A DNA stretch of 64,000 nt from Bacillota bacterium (GTDB lineage Bacteria > Bacillota > Ch66 > Ch109): the NCBI GenBank assembly GCA_050952625.1, contig JBMNLH010000007.1:64001-128000 (forward strand), written 5' to 3'. Below the pieces are notes generated by a model that did not search any database, was not told the DNA's origin, and worked only from the letters and a program-made list of their open reading frames with translations. Positions 44,036 to 54,335 of the stretch are shown here, piece after piece. A program made the translations under genes and the position numbers. Numbering within the stretch: position 1 is the first letter of the stretch; every line of letters starts with the position of its first letter.

Positions 44036-45982
44036 TTATTCAGGTGACGAAGCTATTACTTCGCCAACTGCCGGCCGGCGTATTCCTTCTAGGCTGTTGT
44101 CTGTCTTAGGATTGACAACCCCCTTAGTCTCCTCAGGAGAAGGATTGGCCGTTCCTTGAGACGCCGGTTTTTCAGTTGAAATGAACCCTTCTTTTAGCAA
44201 CTGCTCAAACTCTGATCCTTCTAGAGTCTCCTTTTCCATCAGAGTCCGGGCAACTAGCTCCAGTTTGTCCCGATTATTGGCCAGCAGTTCTTCTGCTTTT
44301 TGGTAGCAGGCATCGATAATTTTTCGAGCCTCCTGATCGATTGAATAGGCGACTGCTTCGCTGTAATTACGATCCCGGGCAATATCTCGACCTAAAAATA
44401 CCTGCTCCTCTTTTCGGCCAAAAGTCAATGGCCCAAGCTTTTCCGACATTCCATATTCAGTGATCATCTTCCGGACCAGGTCGGTGGCCCGTTCCAGATC
44501 GTTTTGAGCCCCGGTACTGATCTCTTTTAAGAACATACTTTCCGCAACCCGTCCCCCTAATAAGACTGTCACCTCATCCAACAAACGCGAACGGGTCATA
44601 TAGTAACGATCTTCAGTCGGTAATAATAAAGTATAACCCCCAGCCCGACCTCGAGGAATAATCGAAATTTTATGCACTGGATCGGTATTGGGCAACAAGG
44701 CCCCGACCAGAGCATGACCGGCCTCATGGTAGGCTACTAGCTCTTTTTCCTTCTCGCTGATCACCCGTGACTTCTTTTCTGGTCCCGCAATAACCCGTTC
44801 AATTGCGTCCTCTAATTCATTCATGCTTAACTTTGTCTTATTCCGACGCGCTGTTAAAAGGGCCGCCTCATTCATCATATTGGCCAGGTCCGCTCCGGTA
44901 AAACCAGGGGTCCGTCGGGCAAGAACCTCTAGGTCAACTTCTTTCTCCAGTGGTTTATCCTTAGCGTGGACCTTTAGAATAGCTTTCCTTCCGGCGACAT
45001 CCGGTCGGTCAACCATGATATGCCGGTCAAATCGCCCTGGCCGAAGCAAAGCCGGATCCAGGATATCCGGTCGGTTAGTCGAAGCGATGACAATAATCCC
45101 TTCGTTGGCACTAAAGCCATCCATTTCCACCAACAGTTGGTTTAAGGTTTGTTCGCGTTCATCGTGCCCGCCGCCCAGTCCAGCACCCCGATGACGTCCG
45201 ACCGCGTCAATCTCATCAATAAAAACGATACAGGGAGCGTTTTTCTTGGCTTGTTCAAACAAATCTCTAACTCGTGAAGCCCCCACACCTACGAACATCT
45301 CCACAAAATCCGAACCGCTGATGCTGAAGAAAGGTACTCCCGCTTCCCCGGCCACGGCCCGAGCCAGAAGTGTTTTCCCGGTCCCAGGAGCCCCAAACAA
45401 AAGAACCCCCTTGGGAATGCGTGCGCCAATCTCCGTAAATTTTTTCGGCTGTTTGAGAAACTCGACCACCTCGGCCAACTCCTCCTTGGCCTCATCAGCC
45501 CCGGCCACGTCCTCAAAGGTCACCTTTTTCTTTTCATCAGTGTGGAGTCGGGCCCGGCTCTTGCCGAACTGCATGACCCGGTTCCCCCCACCCTGAGTCT
45601 GCTGCATCATAAAGAACACAAATCCGATAAGCAAAAGAATCGGGAGAAATGTGGTTAACATACTGGTCCACCAGGGTGGTTGCGCTGGAGGACTAAAGAA
45701 ATACTCTACATTGTGTTCTCTTAATAAAGTAAGCAAAGTTTGGTCTTCCGGACCGGTAAGCTTAAATTTTTCTTCATTTTTCATTGTCCCGGTAATTCGG
45801 TAGAAATTATCCTCCAGAACAATGGTTACTGATTTAACCTTATCCTGCTGCACCGACTGGTAAAAGGTTCTATAATCAATCGCCTTTTCTTGCTTTTCTG
45901 GTTCAGCGGACCAGCGGAAAGCCGCAACTGCAATCAGGACAATCAGCAGGTAGATAGCTAGATTTTTAAAAATTCGGCTCAA
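44036..45982 (-). CDS. ftsH: ATP-dependent zinc metalloprotease FtsH
   Basis: [26 protein letters not shown]. Confidence 0.98.
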   Translation of the reverse strand: MSRIFKNLAIYLLIVLIAVAAFRWSAEPEKQEKAIDYRTFYQSVQQDKVKSVTIVLEDNFYRITGTMKNEEKFKLTGPEDQTLLTLLREHNVEYFFSPPAQPPWWTSMLTTFLPILLLIGFVFFMMQQTQGGGNRVMQFGKSRARLHTDEKKKVTFEDVAGADEAKEELAEVVEFLKQPKKFTEIGARIPKGVLLFGAPGTGKTLLARAVAGEAGVPFFSISGSDFVEMFVGVGASRVRDLFEQAKKNAPCIVFIDEIDAVGRHRGAGLGGGHDEREQTLNQLLVEMDGFSANEGIIVIASTNRPDILDPALLRPGRFDRHIMVDRPDVAGRKAILKVHAKDKPLEKEVDLEVLARRTPGFTGADLANMMNEAALLTARRNKTKLSMNELEDAIERVIAGPEKKSRVISEKEKELVAYHEAGHALVGALLPNTDPVHKISIIPRGRAGGYTLLLPTEDRYYMTRSRLLDEVTVLLGGRVAESMFLKEISTGAQNDLERATDLVRKMITEYGMSEKLGPLTFGRKEEQVFLGRDIARDRNYSEAVAYSIDQEARKIIDACYQKAEELLANNRDKLELVARTLMEKETLEGSEFEQLLKEGFISTEKPASQGTANPSPEETKGVVNPKTDNSLEGIRRPAVGEVIASSPE

Positions 45983-46225
45983 CCCCTATGTCCTCCTCTC
46001 TCGTTCTCAAGACAATAGATAATATATATTAACAAAACCATCGCCTCTTGTAAATCAATAAATTTATTACCAGTTATCGCCGTATAATACTAGATTCTAT
46101 AGAAAATGCCAAAAAAATCCGAAAAATGGCTTAAGTTGTTCCCTCTTAGCCCAAGACTTCTTTGGCACCGTATTAATAATTGTAACACAACCTTAAAGCG
46201 ACATCAAATAAACAAACAAACTAGA

Positions 46226-47251
46226 TTACCTTTCTTTCTTCCGACGCACCATCCTAGTTTCGATTATTAACCGGTTATACTCTCGCCGGCCCTGTAAATT
46301 TCCTGGCAAATAAATCCTGCGACCTCCAACTGGGTTAACCGCTAGTTCCAGCAGCCTTTCAATATGATCATAACTAAACTGCCGCAGATCGCCACTTAAC
46401 TTACCCAGAATCCGACGGAGCACTCGCCGCCGCAAAGCAACCGGCTCTGTTAATAACTGAGAGATAGATAAGGCGGCAGATCCTGTTGGCAAAGCAGACT
46501 CTGATTCAAGCAGGCAGCGTTGAGCAGATTCAGCAGCCAATTCTTCTAAGAGATCATTATCATCTCTAATAATTTCGGCCATCCTATTAAGACCAGTTAC
46601 TATGTTTGGGTTATACTTCTCTTGCAGGTAAGGAATCAACTCCAACCGGATACGGTTGCGCAGATAAACTAGCTTTTGATTGCTCGGATCCAGACAGTAT
46701 GGAACTTGGTTTTCCTTTAAGTATAGCTCAATCTCTTCTCGGGTCAGGTCAAGTAGCGGACGAACAACTGGTCCTCGCTGATAACGCATGCCTCCCAGTC
46801 CCGTTAGACCGCTGCCGCGCAAAATATTCTCCAGAATGGTTTCGGCCTGATCCTGAGCGTGATGGGCGACCGCAATCCGCTGGCAGCTTAAAGCTTGAGC
46901 GGTCTCTTCCAAAGCCTGATATCTCACCCGTCGCCCGGCCTCCTGTAAAGAACACCTCCACCTTTGAGCCAAGCGAGCTACTTCCACCCGATAAACCTTA
47001 ACCGGCACATCCCAACTTGCCGCTATTTCTTGCACAAAGGCAGCTTCCTGATCCGCTTCTTCACCTCGCAAACAATGATTAACGTGAACTACCTGAAGCC
47101 TAATCTCCAGTTCTTCCCTCAAAGATACCAAAGAATGCAAAAGAGCCATCGAATCAGGGCCGCCCGATACAGCTACGACCACCCCATCCCCTGGTCCTAT
47201 AAGCTTATGCCGGTTAATCGTAAGCTTTAGCTTCTCCAAAAAGTCATTCAC
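46226..47251 (-). CDS. tilS: tRNA(Ile)-lysidine synthase, short form
   Basis: AVSGGPDS, HVNH.LR, AHH..DQAET, RN.IR; 341 aa, no distal C-terminal domain. Confidence 0.92.
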   Translation of the reverse strand: MNDFLEKLKLTINRHKLIGPGDGVVVAVSGGPDSMALLHSLVSLREELEIRLQVVHVNHCLRGEEADQEAAFVQEIAASWDVPVKVYRVEVARLAQRWRCSLQEAGRRVRYQALEETAQALSCQRIAVAHHAQDQAETILENILRGSGLTGLGGMRYQRGPVVRPLLDLTREEIELYLKENQVPYCLDPSNQKLVYLRNRIRLELIPYLQEKYNPNIVTGLNRMAEIIRDDNDLLEELAAESAQRCLLESESALPTGSAALSISQLLTEPVALRRRVLRRILGKLSGDLRQFSYDHIERLLELAVNPVGGRRIYLPGNLQGRREYNRLIIETRMVRRKKER

Positions 47252-47548
47252 TTAGCGACCTAACTCCTTAATTAAGTAAATAGTTTTAATATCGGGTCAT
47301 TCTGAGCGAAGCCAAGAATCCTTCCCGCGCTGAGAAGCAAAATCCTTCGCGAACGCTCAGGATGACATATGTCCACTACTTTCATCAATGGTTGTGCCTT
47401 GCGAACACGGGCGGTTAGTATAAAAAAAGCGCTTTCGCGCTCTTGTTTTCGACACCCCTGGCCGAATTCCTGCTAATTTCTATTATTTCTCAGCTAATCT
47501 ACAGCTATACGGTGTTTCCATCGACTCTCAGGATAAAGATGTAAATGC

Positions 47549-47624
47549 CTAACCACTAACCACTAACCACTAACCACTAACCCCCCAACCACTACCACCC
47601 CCAACCACTCCCCAACCACCAAAC
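47549..47624. repeat. tandem heptamer array (CTAACCA)n, degenerating toward spoIIE
   Basis: ctaacca x4 followed by ctaaccc/ccaacca/ctaccac variants, abutting the spoIIE stop codon. Confidence 0.9.
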
Positions 47625-50306
47625 TTAACGCTCATCTATTCGGGCAACCAAGACAGCCATATCGTCCCTGACCCGGCTGCAATTGGCCAAGGCCTGTTCC
47701 AGCAAGGTGTTGGCTATTTCTCGAGGATTAAGACTGTTTATCTTTTCCAAGACTTCACCTAGCCAACTATCCCTTTCGGCGACATGAAACCGGCTATCTA
47801 ATAGACCATCCGTGACCATAACTACCAGATCTCCCGGTTCGAGACGGTGCTTAAGACTATTTACCTCCAACGTATCGAGGATGCCGATGGGGGGAGAATT
47901 GGCGGAAATAACAGTAACCTTTCCCTGTCGCACCAAGAAAGTCGGAGTAGCCCCCAGCTTGAAAAATTCGCCATCCCCGCTTTGCAGATTAATAATGGCT
48001 AGGTCTAGCGTGGCAAAGCTCTCTTCCTTGGACCTTAATAACAGGAGAGAATTAACCGCACACACCGCTTGGTCCGTTGGCAAGCCGGCTCCTAAGACTG
48101 TCTCTAGCAAACTCAAGGTTGAACGACTGGTCTCGTTAGCCACCGGTCCGACTCCCATCCCGTCACTGAGAGCCAGGAGATAACGCGCACCCGGCAAATT
48201 GATGGTTAAATAGTTATCGCCGGAACAATTATAACCATCTTCAGCCCGACAGGCTACGCCAACCTCGACGGTTAGGCGTCCTCCCCCAACCAGACAAACT
48301 TCACACCCCTGCTCAGCCGGCCAGGGACAGCGATCCGGCCGGAGTTCCAGTTGTTGTCCTAATATCGAGGTCAAAGCCGGCAATAAGCGATTCCGACAAT
48401 CGTTATCTCCCGGACATGCCTTACGATAAAAATATAACTCTAATTCGCCACTAGGCAAGCGGTAGGCCTGAATTCGTTCGGCATTAACCCCTAATCGTTT
48501 GAACTCACGGCTTAACCTTTTTTCCATCGGTTTAATCCGTTCCGCCCTTTTTTCAAATTCCGAAATCACCTTATTAACCACATCAGCTAGGCCTTTAACC
48601 TGGCAGGCGACCAGATCACGACCTTCTTCCATTCGGTCCAGCCAGTAGCTTTCTAATTTGAATTTTTCAGAAACCCGGTTCACTTGGTTGACCAAATCCC
48701 GAGGATATAAGCAGCGATTCTTAATAAATGGGGCCGCCTCATCCAAAGTCACACCTAACTTTTCTCGACTTTCTCCCAGCGATAGCAAGTCCAGCAAAAT
48801 CCGGTAGGTGGCATAAAAATCTTCCTCCCAACATACCCGCTGTGCCGAACAATTTAAACACGGTCCCTGCCTGACACTATCCATAAACTCAACGAGCCGA
48901 TCCGAATTATTTTCTAGAGCGGAGCCCTTTTCCTTTTCCAGCGTCGCCGATATTTCATTGAGCATTCCCCCTAGATTTTTCAGTTTCTGACCGGTCATTT
49001 TCCACCAGATAACATCCGCCTGTCCGGTTTCTGATCCGCAACTTTCTTTATCGTCTGCCGCTTCCTTTAAACGACTAGCCGGACTGCAACTATTCACGCT
49101 CATTTCGTTATCATCAAGGTTATCATTAATCGTTTCGTTCTCGTTAGAACGACTAGGCGAAAAAGAGAACATGCCCGATAAAAACCCGGACTTTGGGTTA
49201 TTGGGGGCAGATTGGATCTGGGTGCCTAAACGAGAAAAAAAGCGGGTCGGAAGTAAGAGGAATATCACAACCCCACTCCCCAGTTGAATTAGACTCTCCG
49301 GACTGGCACCTCCTTCTGCCAAGTAAAGGGTTAACAATAGGTTGCCCAAAAGAAAGCCTACGGCCATACCCAAGCGGCCCCAGGCTCGAAAAAGACCAGC
49401 TAAAAGCCCAGCTACAGCGTAGACTCCTACGGCATATGGCATTATCAGATGAGTAACACTAGGAAGCAGCCCAATCAAGGCTCCGGCTGCCGAACCAGCT
49501 CCGGCACCGCCTAAATAAGCAGCGATTAAAACCCCTAAGCTGGCAGTCAAAGGACCAAGCTCCCATTGGCCGATGTGAAGATCACAAATCCCCAGGATCA
49601 AACAAACCCCCAGGACAATAGCGGCAATCATTTCCTCTGCTCTCAGTTGATTAGGTTTCTCCCGGTTTTCTATCCACTGGACCGCGATCATAAAGATAAA
49701 CGAAAGCACTCCCGCGATGATCGCCTCAAAGATTATGGATATCTCCTGATACAGGTTCCAGCCGTGCCAGATTAAAAAACAGTTTTGCACCAGGAGGTAA
49801 ACGGCCATAACCAGCAAGGGCAGCAGAATCCACCACTGTTCCGGTTTCTTTCTAGCAGAGGTGATGACGCTGGTTAGCAAAAGAATCACCGCGACCTGAT
49901 TCCAAAACACTGCCGGTATCGACGTGCTCCATAACCCTAGGACCACCGAAAAAACCATTAACCCGGCCAGCCCTGGGCGAAAGACCAGGGTCGCGGCCAG
50001 GTAAGCACCGCCAAAAGGGAGAAGTTCGCCCAGCACCGCCCCCCGGGCCAGGAGCCCCCCGGCTATTAAATGAAACAGATCTGTCAGATGAAATCCATGT
50101 GCCAAAAATCGATAGATATATCTACCCAAAAATCCCTTTGCAGATGTCAGCCCCGTTTGCACGGTTTGCCCTATGGCCGCAAACAGCCTGGCTAATAAAG
50201 GAAACAAAGTTCTCTGGGATTTACGCCGGCCCCTGTCTTCCTCGCCTGCCCCTGCTAGATCACCTAAGCGGCAGTACGTGTAGACATTAAGATCATCATT
50301 AAACAT
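47625..50306 (-). CDS. spoIIE: stage II sporulation protein E (PP2C phosphatase)
   Basis: Multi-TM N-terminus, C..C...CW, SGDNY, SDGMG, FATLDL, VTDG, DDM; start placed at MFNDD behind GGAGATGA. Confidence 0.93.
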   Translation of the reverse strand: MFNDDLNVYTYCRLGDLAGAGEEDRGRRKSQRTLFPLLARLFAAIGQTVQTGLTSAKGFLGRYIYRFLAHGFHLTDLFHLIAGGLLARGAVLGELLPFGGAYLAATLVFRPGLAGLMVFSVVLGLWSTSIPAVFWNQVAVILLLTSVITSARKKPEQWWILLPLLVMAVYLLVQNCFLIWHGWNLYQEISIIFEAIIAGVLSFIFMIAVQWIENREKPNQLRAEEMIAAIVLGVCLILGICDLHIGQWELGPLTASLGVLIAAYLGGAGAGSAAGALIGLLPSVTHLIMPYAVGVYAVAGLLAGLFRAWGRLGMAVGFLLGNLLLTLYLAEGGASPESLIQLGSGVVIFLLLPTRFFSRLGTQIQSAPNNPKSGFLSGMFSFSPSRSNENETINDNLDDNEMSVNSCSPASRLKEAADDKESCGSETGQADVIWWKMTGQKLKNLGGMLNEISATLEKEKGSALENNSDRLVEFMDSVRQGPCLNCSAQRVCWEEDFYATYRILLDLLSLGESREKLGVTLDEAAPFIKNRCLYPRDLVNQVNRVSEKFKLESYWLDRMEEGRDLVACQVKGLADVVNKVISEFEKRAERIKPMEKRLSREFKRLGVNAERIQAYRLPSGELELYFYRKACPGDNDCRNRLLPALTSILGQQLELRPDRCPWPAEQGCEVCLVGGGRLTVEVGVACRAEDGYNCSGDNYLTINLPGARYLLALSDGMGVGPVANETSRSTLSLLETVLGAGLPTDQAVCAVNSLLLLRSKEESFATLDLAIINLQSGDGEFFKLGATPTFLVRQGKVTVISANSPPIGILDTLEVNSLKHRLEPGDLVVMVTDGLLDSRFHVAERDSWLGEVLEKINSLNPREIANTLLEQALANCSRVRDDMAVLVARIDER

Positions 50307-50371
50307 TCTTTCATCATCTCCGGTCAGCAATCTCATTCCCCCCCCGGCACCTGAATTCGTAGACAAGCTTA

Positions 50372-50437
50372 ATTATAGACTGCCCGCATGGAAATAACTG
50401 TCAAACAAGGAGACTGCGACCAAAGTAGATTTCGACA
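50372..50437 (-). promoter_or_regulatory. Spo0A-dependent spoIIE promoter
   Basis: TTGACA-21 nt-TATAAT (over-long spacer as in B. subtilis spoIIE) and a TGTCGAA 0A box at 50437-50431. Confidence 0.75.
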
Positions 50438-50715
50438 CAAAATATTTAGGCTATTCATTTTTATGGTAATTATTACATTTACGTTAATCTCTTAATTGAC
50501 TATTTTTCTCTTTATTTTTACAGCCCAAGAAAGAATCCCCACTAACAAAAGCCCACTATTAAGACTTGAAAGTCTAAATACGGACTATTTTGTCAAGGCA
50601 TAATATTGTATTAACACCTATTTTTGTCTGAATACTTTACTTTTCGTTTGACGATAAAATAAGTCTTTACAAAAATAATAATTATAACCGGAAGCTGGTT
50701 GCCCTCCGACAGTAA

Positions 50716-51462
50716 TCACCTGGCCGTATAACCACCATCAACTAACAAGCTGATCCCAGTGACAAACGAGGCTGCTTCCGAAGCCAGGAATAAAACACAC
50801 TGAGCCACTTCCTCCGGCTCTCCCAGCCGACCCAGCGGGTGGGCTTGCGCCAGCTGTTCCCGGACCTCTTCAGAAAGGCCATTCATCACCATTGGCGTTT
50901 TAATGAAGCCGGGAGAAACCGCGTTTACTCTGATATTATAAGGAGCGTAGTCCAGGGCCAGGTTACGGGTCAGCACCACTACTCCCCCCTTGGCCGCATT
51001 ATAGGCCGGGGTCGCGGGAAACCCTACATGACCAAGGATAGAGGCGTTATTGATAATTGCTCCTTTTTTCTTAGCGATCATAATGGGCAACACCGCTTTT
51101 GCCCCAAGATAAATACCTTTTAAATTAATATTAATGACTCGGTCCCACTCCTCTTCGGCCAATTCGACCACCGAACCCTGAGTACCGATACCGGCATTAT
51201 TAAACAGGATATCCACGGTCCCGAAATGCCTGACGGTTTCCTCAACCATTTTCTGAACCTGAGTGCCTGATGAAACATCCACCTGTACGAAGAGAGAACT
51301 CCCGCCCCCTTGCTGAATTTCCTCTACCGTTTTCCTTCCCTGCTCGGCATTATAATCAGCGACGACCACCCGGGCCCCTTCCTGAGCAAAAAGCAGGGCA
51401 GTAGTCCGGCCAATCCCGGTTGCTCCTCCCGTGATTATTGCGACCTTGTCTGCTAATTTCAA
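50716..51462 (-). CDS. short-chain dehydrogenase/reductase
   Basis: TGGATGIG, NNAGI, YNAAK, VDGG. Confidence 0.93.
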   Translation of the reverse strand: MKLADKVAIITGGATGIGRTTALLFAQEGARVVVADYNAEQGRKTVEEIQQGGGSSLFVQVDVSSGTQVQKMVEETVRHFGTVDILFNNAGIGTQGSVVELAEEEWDRVININLKGIYLGAKAVLPIMIAKKKGAIINNASILGHVGFPATPAYNAAKGGVVVLTRNLALDYAPYNIRVNAVSPGFIKTPMVMNGLSEEVREQLAQAHPLGRLGEPEEVAQCVLFLASEAASFVTGISLLVDGGYTAR

Positions 51463-51811
51463 TAAACTGCTCTCCTTTCCAAAATTGCTTTCCAGACTTT
51501 CCGCTTGAACATCTGGTACCCAGCGTCATGAACTAACCGTTATTGAAGCCATTAATTGAAGCCATTTAACATTTGAAAAGCTCTTCGGGTGCGCAGGTGA
51601 TGTCGATTCAAAGCTAAAACTTAGTTTATGTTTTCCTGATTACAATATTGCTCTTGCTCGTCATTCTCGACTTTCTCGTTCATGCTCGAACATATTTCGG
51701 GTTTATCCGGATAGCCCAAGCGTTCATAGTTTTTGTTGTACAAAGATTTATCATACTGTCGCCATTGCCCTTCAAGTTAAAACCAAAGAAAAAGTCTGGA
51801 TGCTTATAAAT

Positions 51812-51950
51812 CATAGGGTAACCAGCTCATCGAGGGAAAATAACGATGGTTGTAGAATATACAAGGTAATTCACCTCTCTTGGACCGTAGTATTTTAGTG
51901 GACGGTTACCTAAAATTTCTACATTTCATAGGGGTGAATTCCTTTTTTTC
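51812..51950 (-). mobile_element. possible transposase 5' remnant
   Basis: RBS GAGGTG then MYILQPSLFSLDELVTL-stop, resembling N-termini of Firmicute IS transposases. Confidence 0.35.
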
Positions 51951-51975
51951 AGGGGCTAAAACCCAATAAAATTAA

Positions 51976-52181
51976 TATTCAGCCCTGAACGGAACTTAGA
52001 AAGCTAAAAGCGGCTACCCCTAGTGTACCGATTAAGGTTAAGATAATAGCCCACAGAATAATTCCCATAATACACCAAAACATAAGGCATCAAGGGACGC
52101 TCCCAGGGTTATTCCGATGGCGGCCCCCAGGGGTGCTCCGGTTATAAGCGGGGCTAGCAAACCTAACCCGACGACCCCATA
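51976..52181 (-). pseudogene. diverged duplicate of the 3' half of the gene at 53627-54097
   Basis: Colinear with 53628-53836, with substitutions and a 1-nt deletion. Confidence 0.88.
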
Positions 52182-52480
52182 CGGTGCTTATAAAGTTCCA
52201 AATCGTAATGGCCATAGCGGATTTGATCATCTAGGGTTGGTTCGCTGGATTCGAACTCTAGATGGGCGATGGTATTATCAGCTAAGATAAAGTTGATGTC
52301 CATATCACGGTCTTTAACTTCAATCGTTGGTACTTTGGTTTGAATTACATCGACGATCCTTGCTAGTTTTAAGTCATAAAATTCTAATATTTCATCTTTA
52401 AAGGTTACGCTTAAGGAGCGCAAAGCTATGTCTTTATGGTGATAGGGAATCTTTAGTTCTGCACTAATAGGTATCCTCAC
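52182..52480 (-). pseudogene. N-terminal fragment of an Rpn-like PD-(D/E)XK protein
   Basis: HKD...DMDINFILADNTIAHLEFES...RY..YD; cut off at the duplicated segment. Confidence 0.55.
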
Positions 52481-52753
52481 TGATGACTCAATCCGGAAAG
52501 TGGTATTCCTTTCGGCTAGGGAAATCACAAAAAAGTGGACGCAGCCATCAAAGGACTGGGCAATGGCGTACAGCCAGATTTATCACTGGATAAATCTACC
52601 AATAATGATATTCCCAATCAGCAATCTTTTTAATCTCTAGAAATACGAGGACATCGGCAATCTGTTCTTGCGTGAATCCCTTTTCTTCCCGGATACGTTG
52701 ACTTTGGCAACGAAGTATGGAAATTGTTTTTCTGAACGCGGATAAACCCAGCA

Positions 52754-53146
52754 TTAACGGGCCTTTACATTATTCTTAATCCATTCTGTCAGTTCCTGTT
52801 TTGTTAATTCACCTGCTGCCAACTGCAACATTATCACGTATGTTTCCTTCTCTCCGGCTATTAGCTCCCATCCATTAAGCTGCAAGAATGTGTCTATTGC
52901 CACCAGGGCAATGCGTTTATTCCCATCAACAAAGGCGTGATTTTTACATAAATGAAAACCATACGTGGCGGCCATTTCAAAAATATCCTGATGCAAGTAT
53001 TCTCCGTTCATCGTCATTTGGACTTGTGATAAGGCAGATTCAAGCAGGCCCTCATCCCGCAGTCCACTACTGCCCCCATACTGGCGGATTAAACTTCGAT
53101 GAAAAAAAAGAATGATCTCTTTGTTCAGAAACTTAATCTTACTCAT
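52754..53146 (-). CDS. doc: Doc family toxin (Fic fold)
   Basis: GLRDEGLLESA, HAFVDGNKR. Confidence 0.92.
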   Translation of the reverse strand: MSKIKFLNKEIILFFHRSLIRQYGGSSGLRDEGLLESALSQVQMTMNGEYLHQDIFEMAATYGFHLCKNHAFVDGNKRIALVAIDTFLQLNGWELIAGEKETYVIMLQLAAGELTKQELTEWIKNNVKAR

Positions 53147-53367
53147 TTGCCCAACTCGCTTAAAACATTTTTATACTTGCTGTTAGTATTTCTAAATGCC
53201 TCAGCCCATTCGGCAAAATCAGGATCAAAGGCCTTTAAACGAATCCCTTCGGGCTCTTCAACAATTTGTAGCAAATCATTCTCTTTCAGGTAAAGTCGAT
53301 CAATGATCTCCTTCGGCAAAATAACACCCAGACTGTTGCCTATTTTTCTTATCTTTAACGTGGACAT
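53143..53367 (-). CDS. AbrB/MazE-type antitoxin
   Basis: KIRKIGNSLGVILPK; 4-nt overlap with doc. Confidence 0.9.
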   Translation of the reverse strand: MSTLKIRKIGNSLGVILPKEIIDRLYLKENDLLQIVEEPEGIRLKAFDPDFAEWAEAFRNTNSKYKNVLSELGK

Positions 53368-53382
53368 TATCTACACCCCCCC

Positions 53383-53401
53383 GTTATAACTTAATTATAA
53401 C
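53383..53401. promoter_or_regulatory. putative TA autorepression operator
   Basis: GTTATAAC-ttaa-TTATAAC palindromes just upstream of the antitoxin RBS. Confidence 0.55.
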
Positions 53402-53626
53402 TTTTCGCTTTTTATTCTTCAACTAGTATTCAATATCCCTACATTCATTGGCCTCACCCCGGGCAAACGAGCCAAAGACCCCGAGCTTAGAAACCAGGTA
53501 AACTTCACCTAATGCTGATATGGGTTTTCGGATACACTCAATTAGTTCATGCTGCTCCCTTATATTTTTCTCCAACGTGCGTTCCGCCCCCGTTCAATAC
53601 ACTCAATAAACCCATCATGCCCTAAC

Positions 53627-54097
53627 CTATTCAACTCCGGCCGGGGAACTTAGGAAGCTGAAAGCGGCTACCCCTAGTGTACCGATTAAGGTTAAAATAA
53701 TAGCCCACAGAATAATTCCCATAATACACCAAAACATAAGGCGTCGAGGGGATGCTCCCAGGGTTATTCCTATGGCGGCTCCCAGGGGTGCCCCGGTTAT
53801 CAGCGGTGCCAGTAAACCTAACCCGACGACCCCATAACGTTCCCAGATCCGATAGATCCGAGAATTTTTTTCCCGCTCTTTTCCGGGGCCGCGACGTTTG
53901 ATTAACCACGTCCGAAGACGGTCCCCGAGCAACACAACGAGCAAGGTCCCCAAAATGGTCCCCAGAGCAGATACAACTCCGTTTAATAAAGGATGCAGCC
54001 CAAACGCTATCCCGGCCGGGATGGCTGCCCATAACTCAATTATTCCGATCCCAAATACGGTCGCTGTCTTAAGAAAAAGATCCACTTTAGCCCCCAA
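53627..54097 (-). CDS. putative small multidrug export family membrane protein
   Basis: ELWAAIPAG, RYGVVGLGLLAPLITGAPLG. Confidence 0.75.
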   Translation of the reverse strand: MGAKVDLFLKTATVFGIGIIELWAAIPAGIAFGLHPLLNGVVSALGTILGTLLVVLLGDRLRTWLIKRRGPGKEREKNSRIYRIWERYGVVGLGLLAPLITGAPLGAAIGITLGASPRRLMFWCIMGIILWAIILTLIGTLGVAAFSFLSSPAGVE

Positions 54098-54335
54098 AGT
54101 ATTCTACTCTCAAATCCAAGACTACTTTTCTCAACAACATTTGATCCTTAATATTATAATAAATATTCCCAAACTCTGTATAAACGCCCCACCGATTAAT
54201 GCCCCTCTTAAAGAAAACTTGGCTTACGGCAAGCCTTTGGCGCAAGCGGAAGCCCTAGTTGCCCTTACTTATAATTCAGAAAGTCACTTATACTTTCTGA
54301 TTATGTAAAAAATCCTCTGAGGGGATACTTATGCC

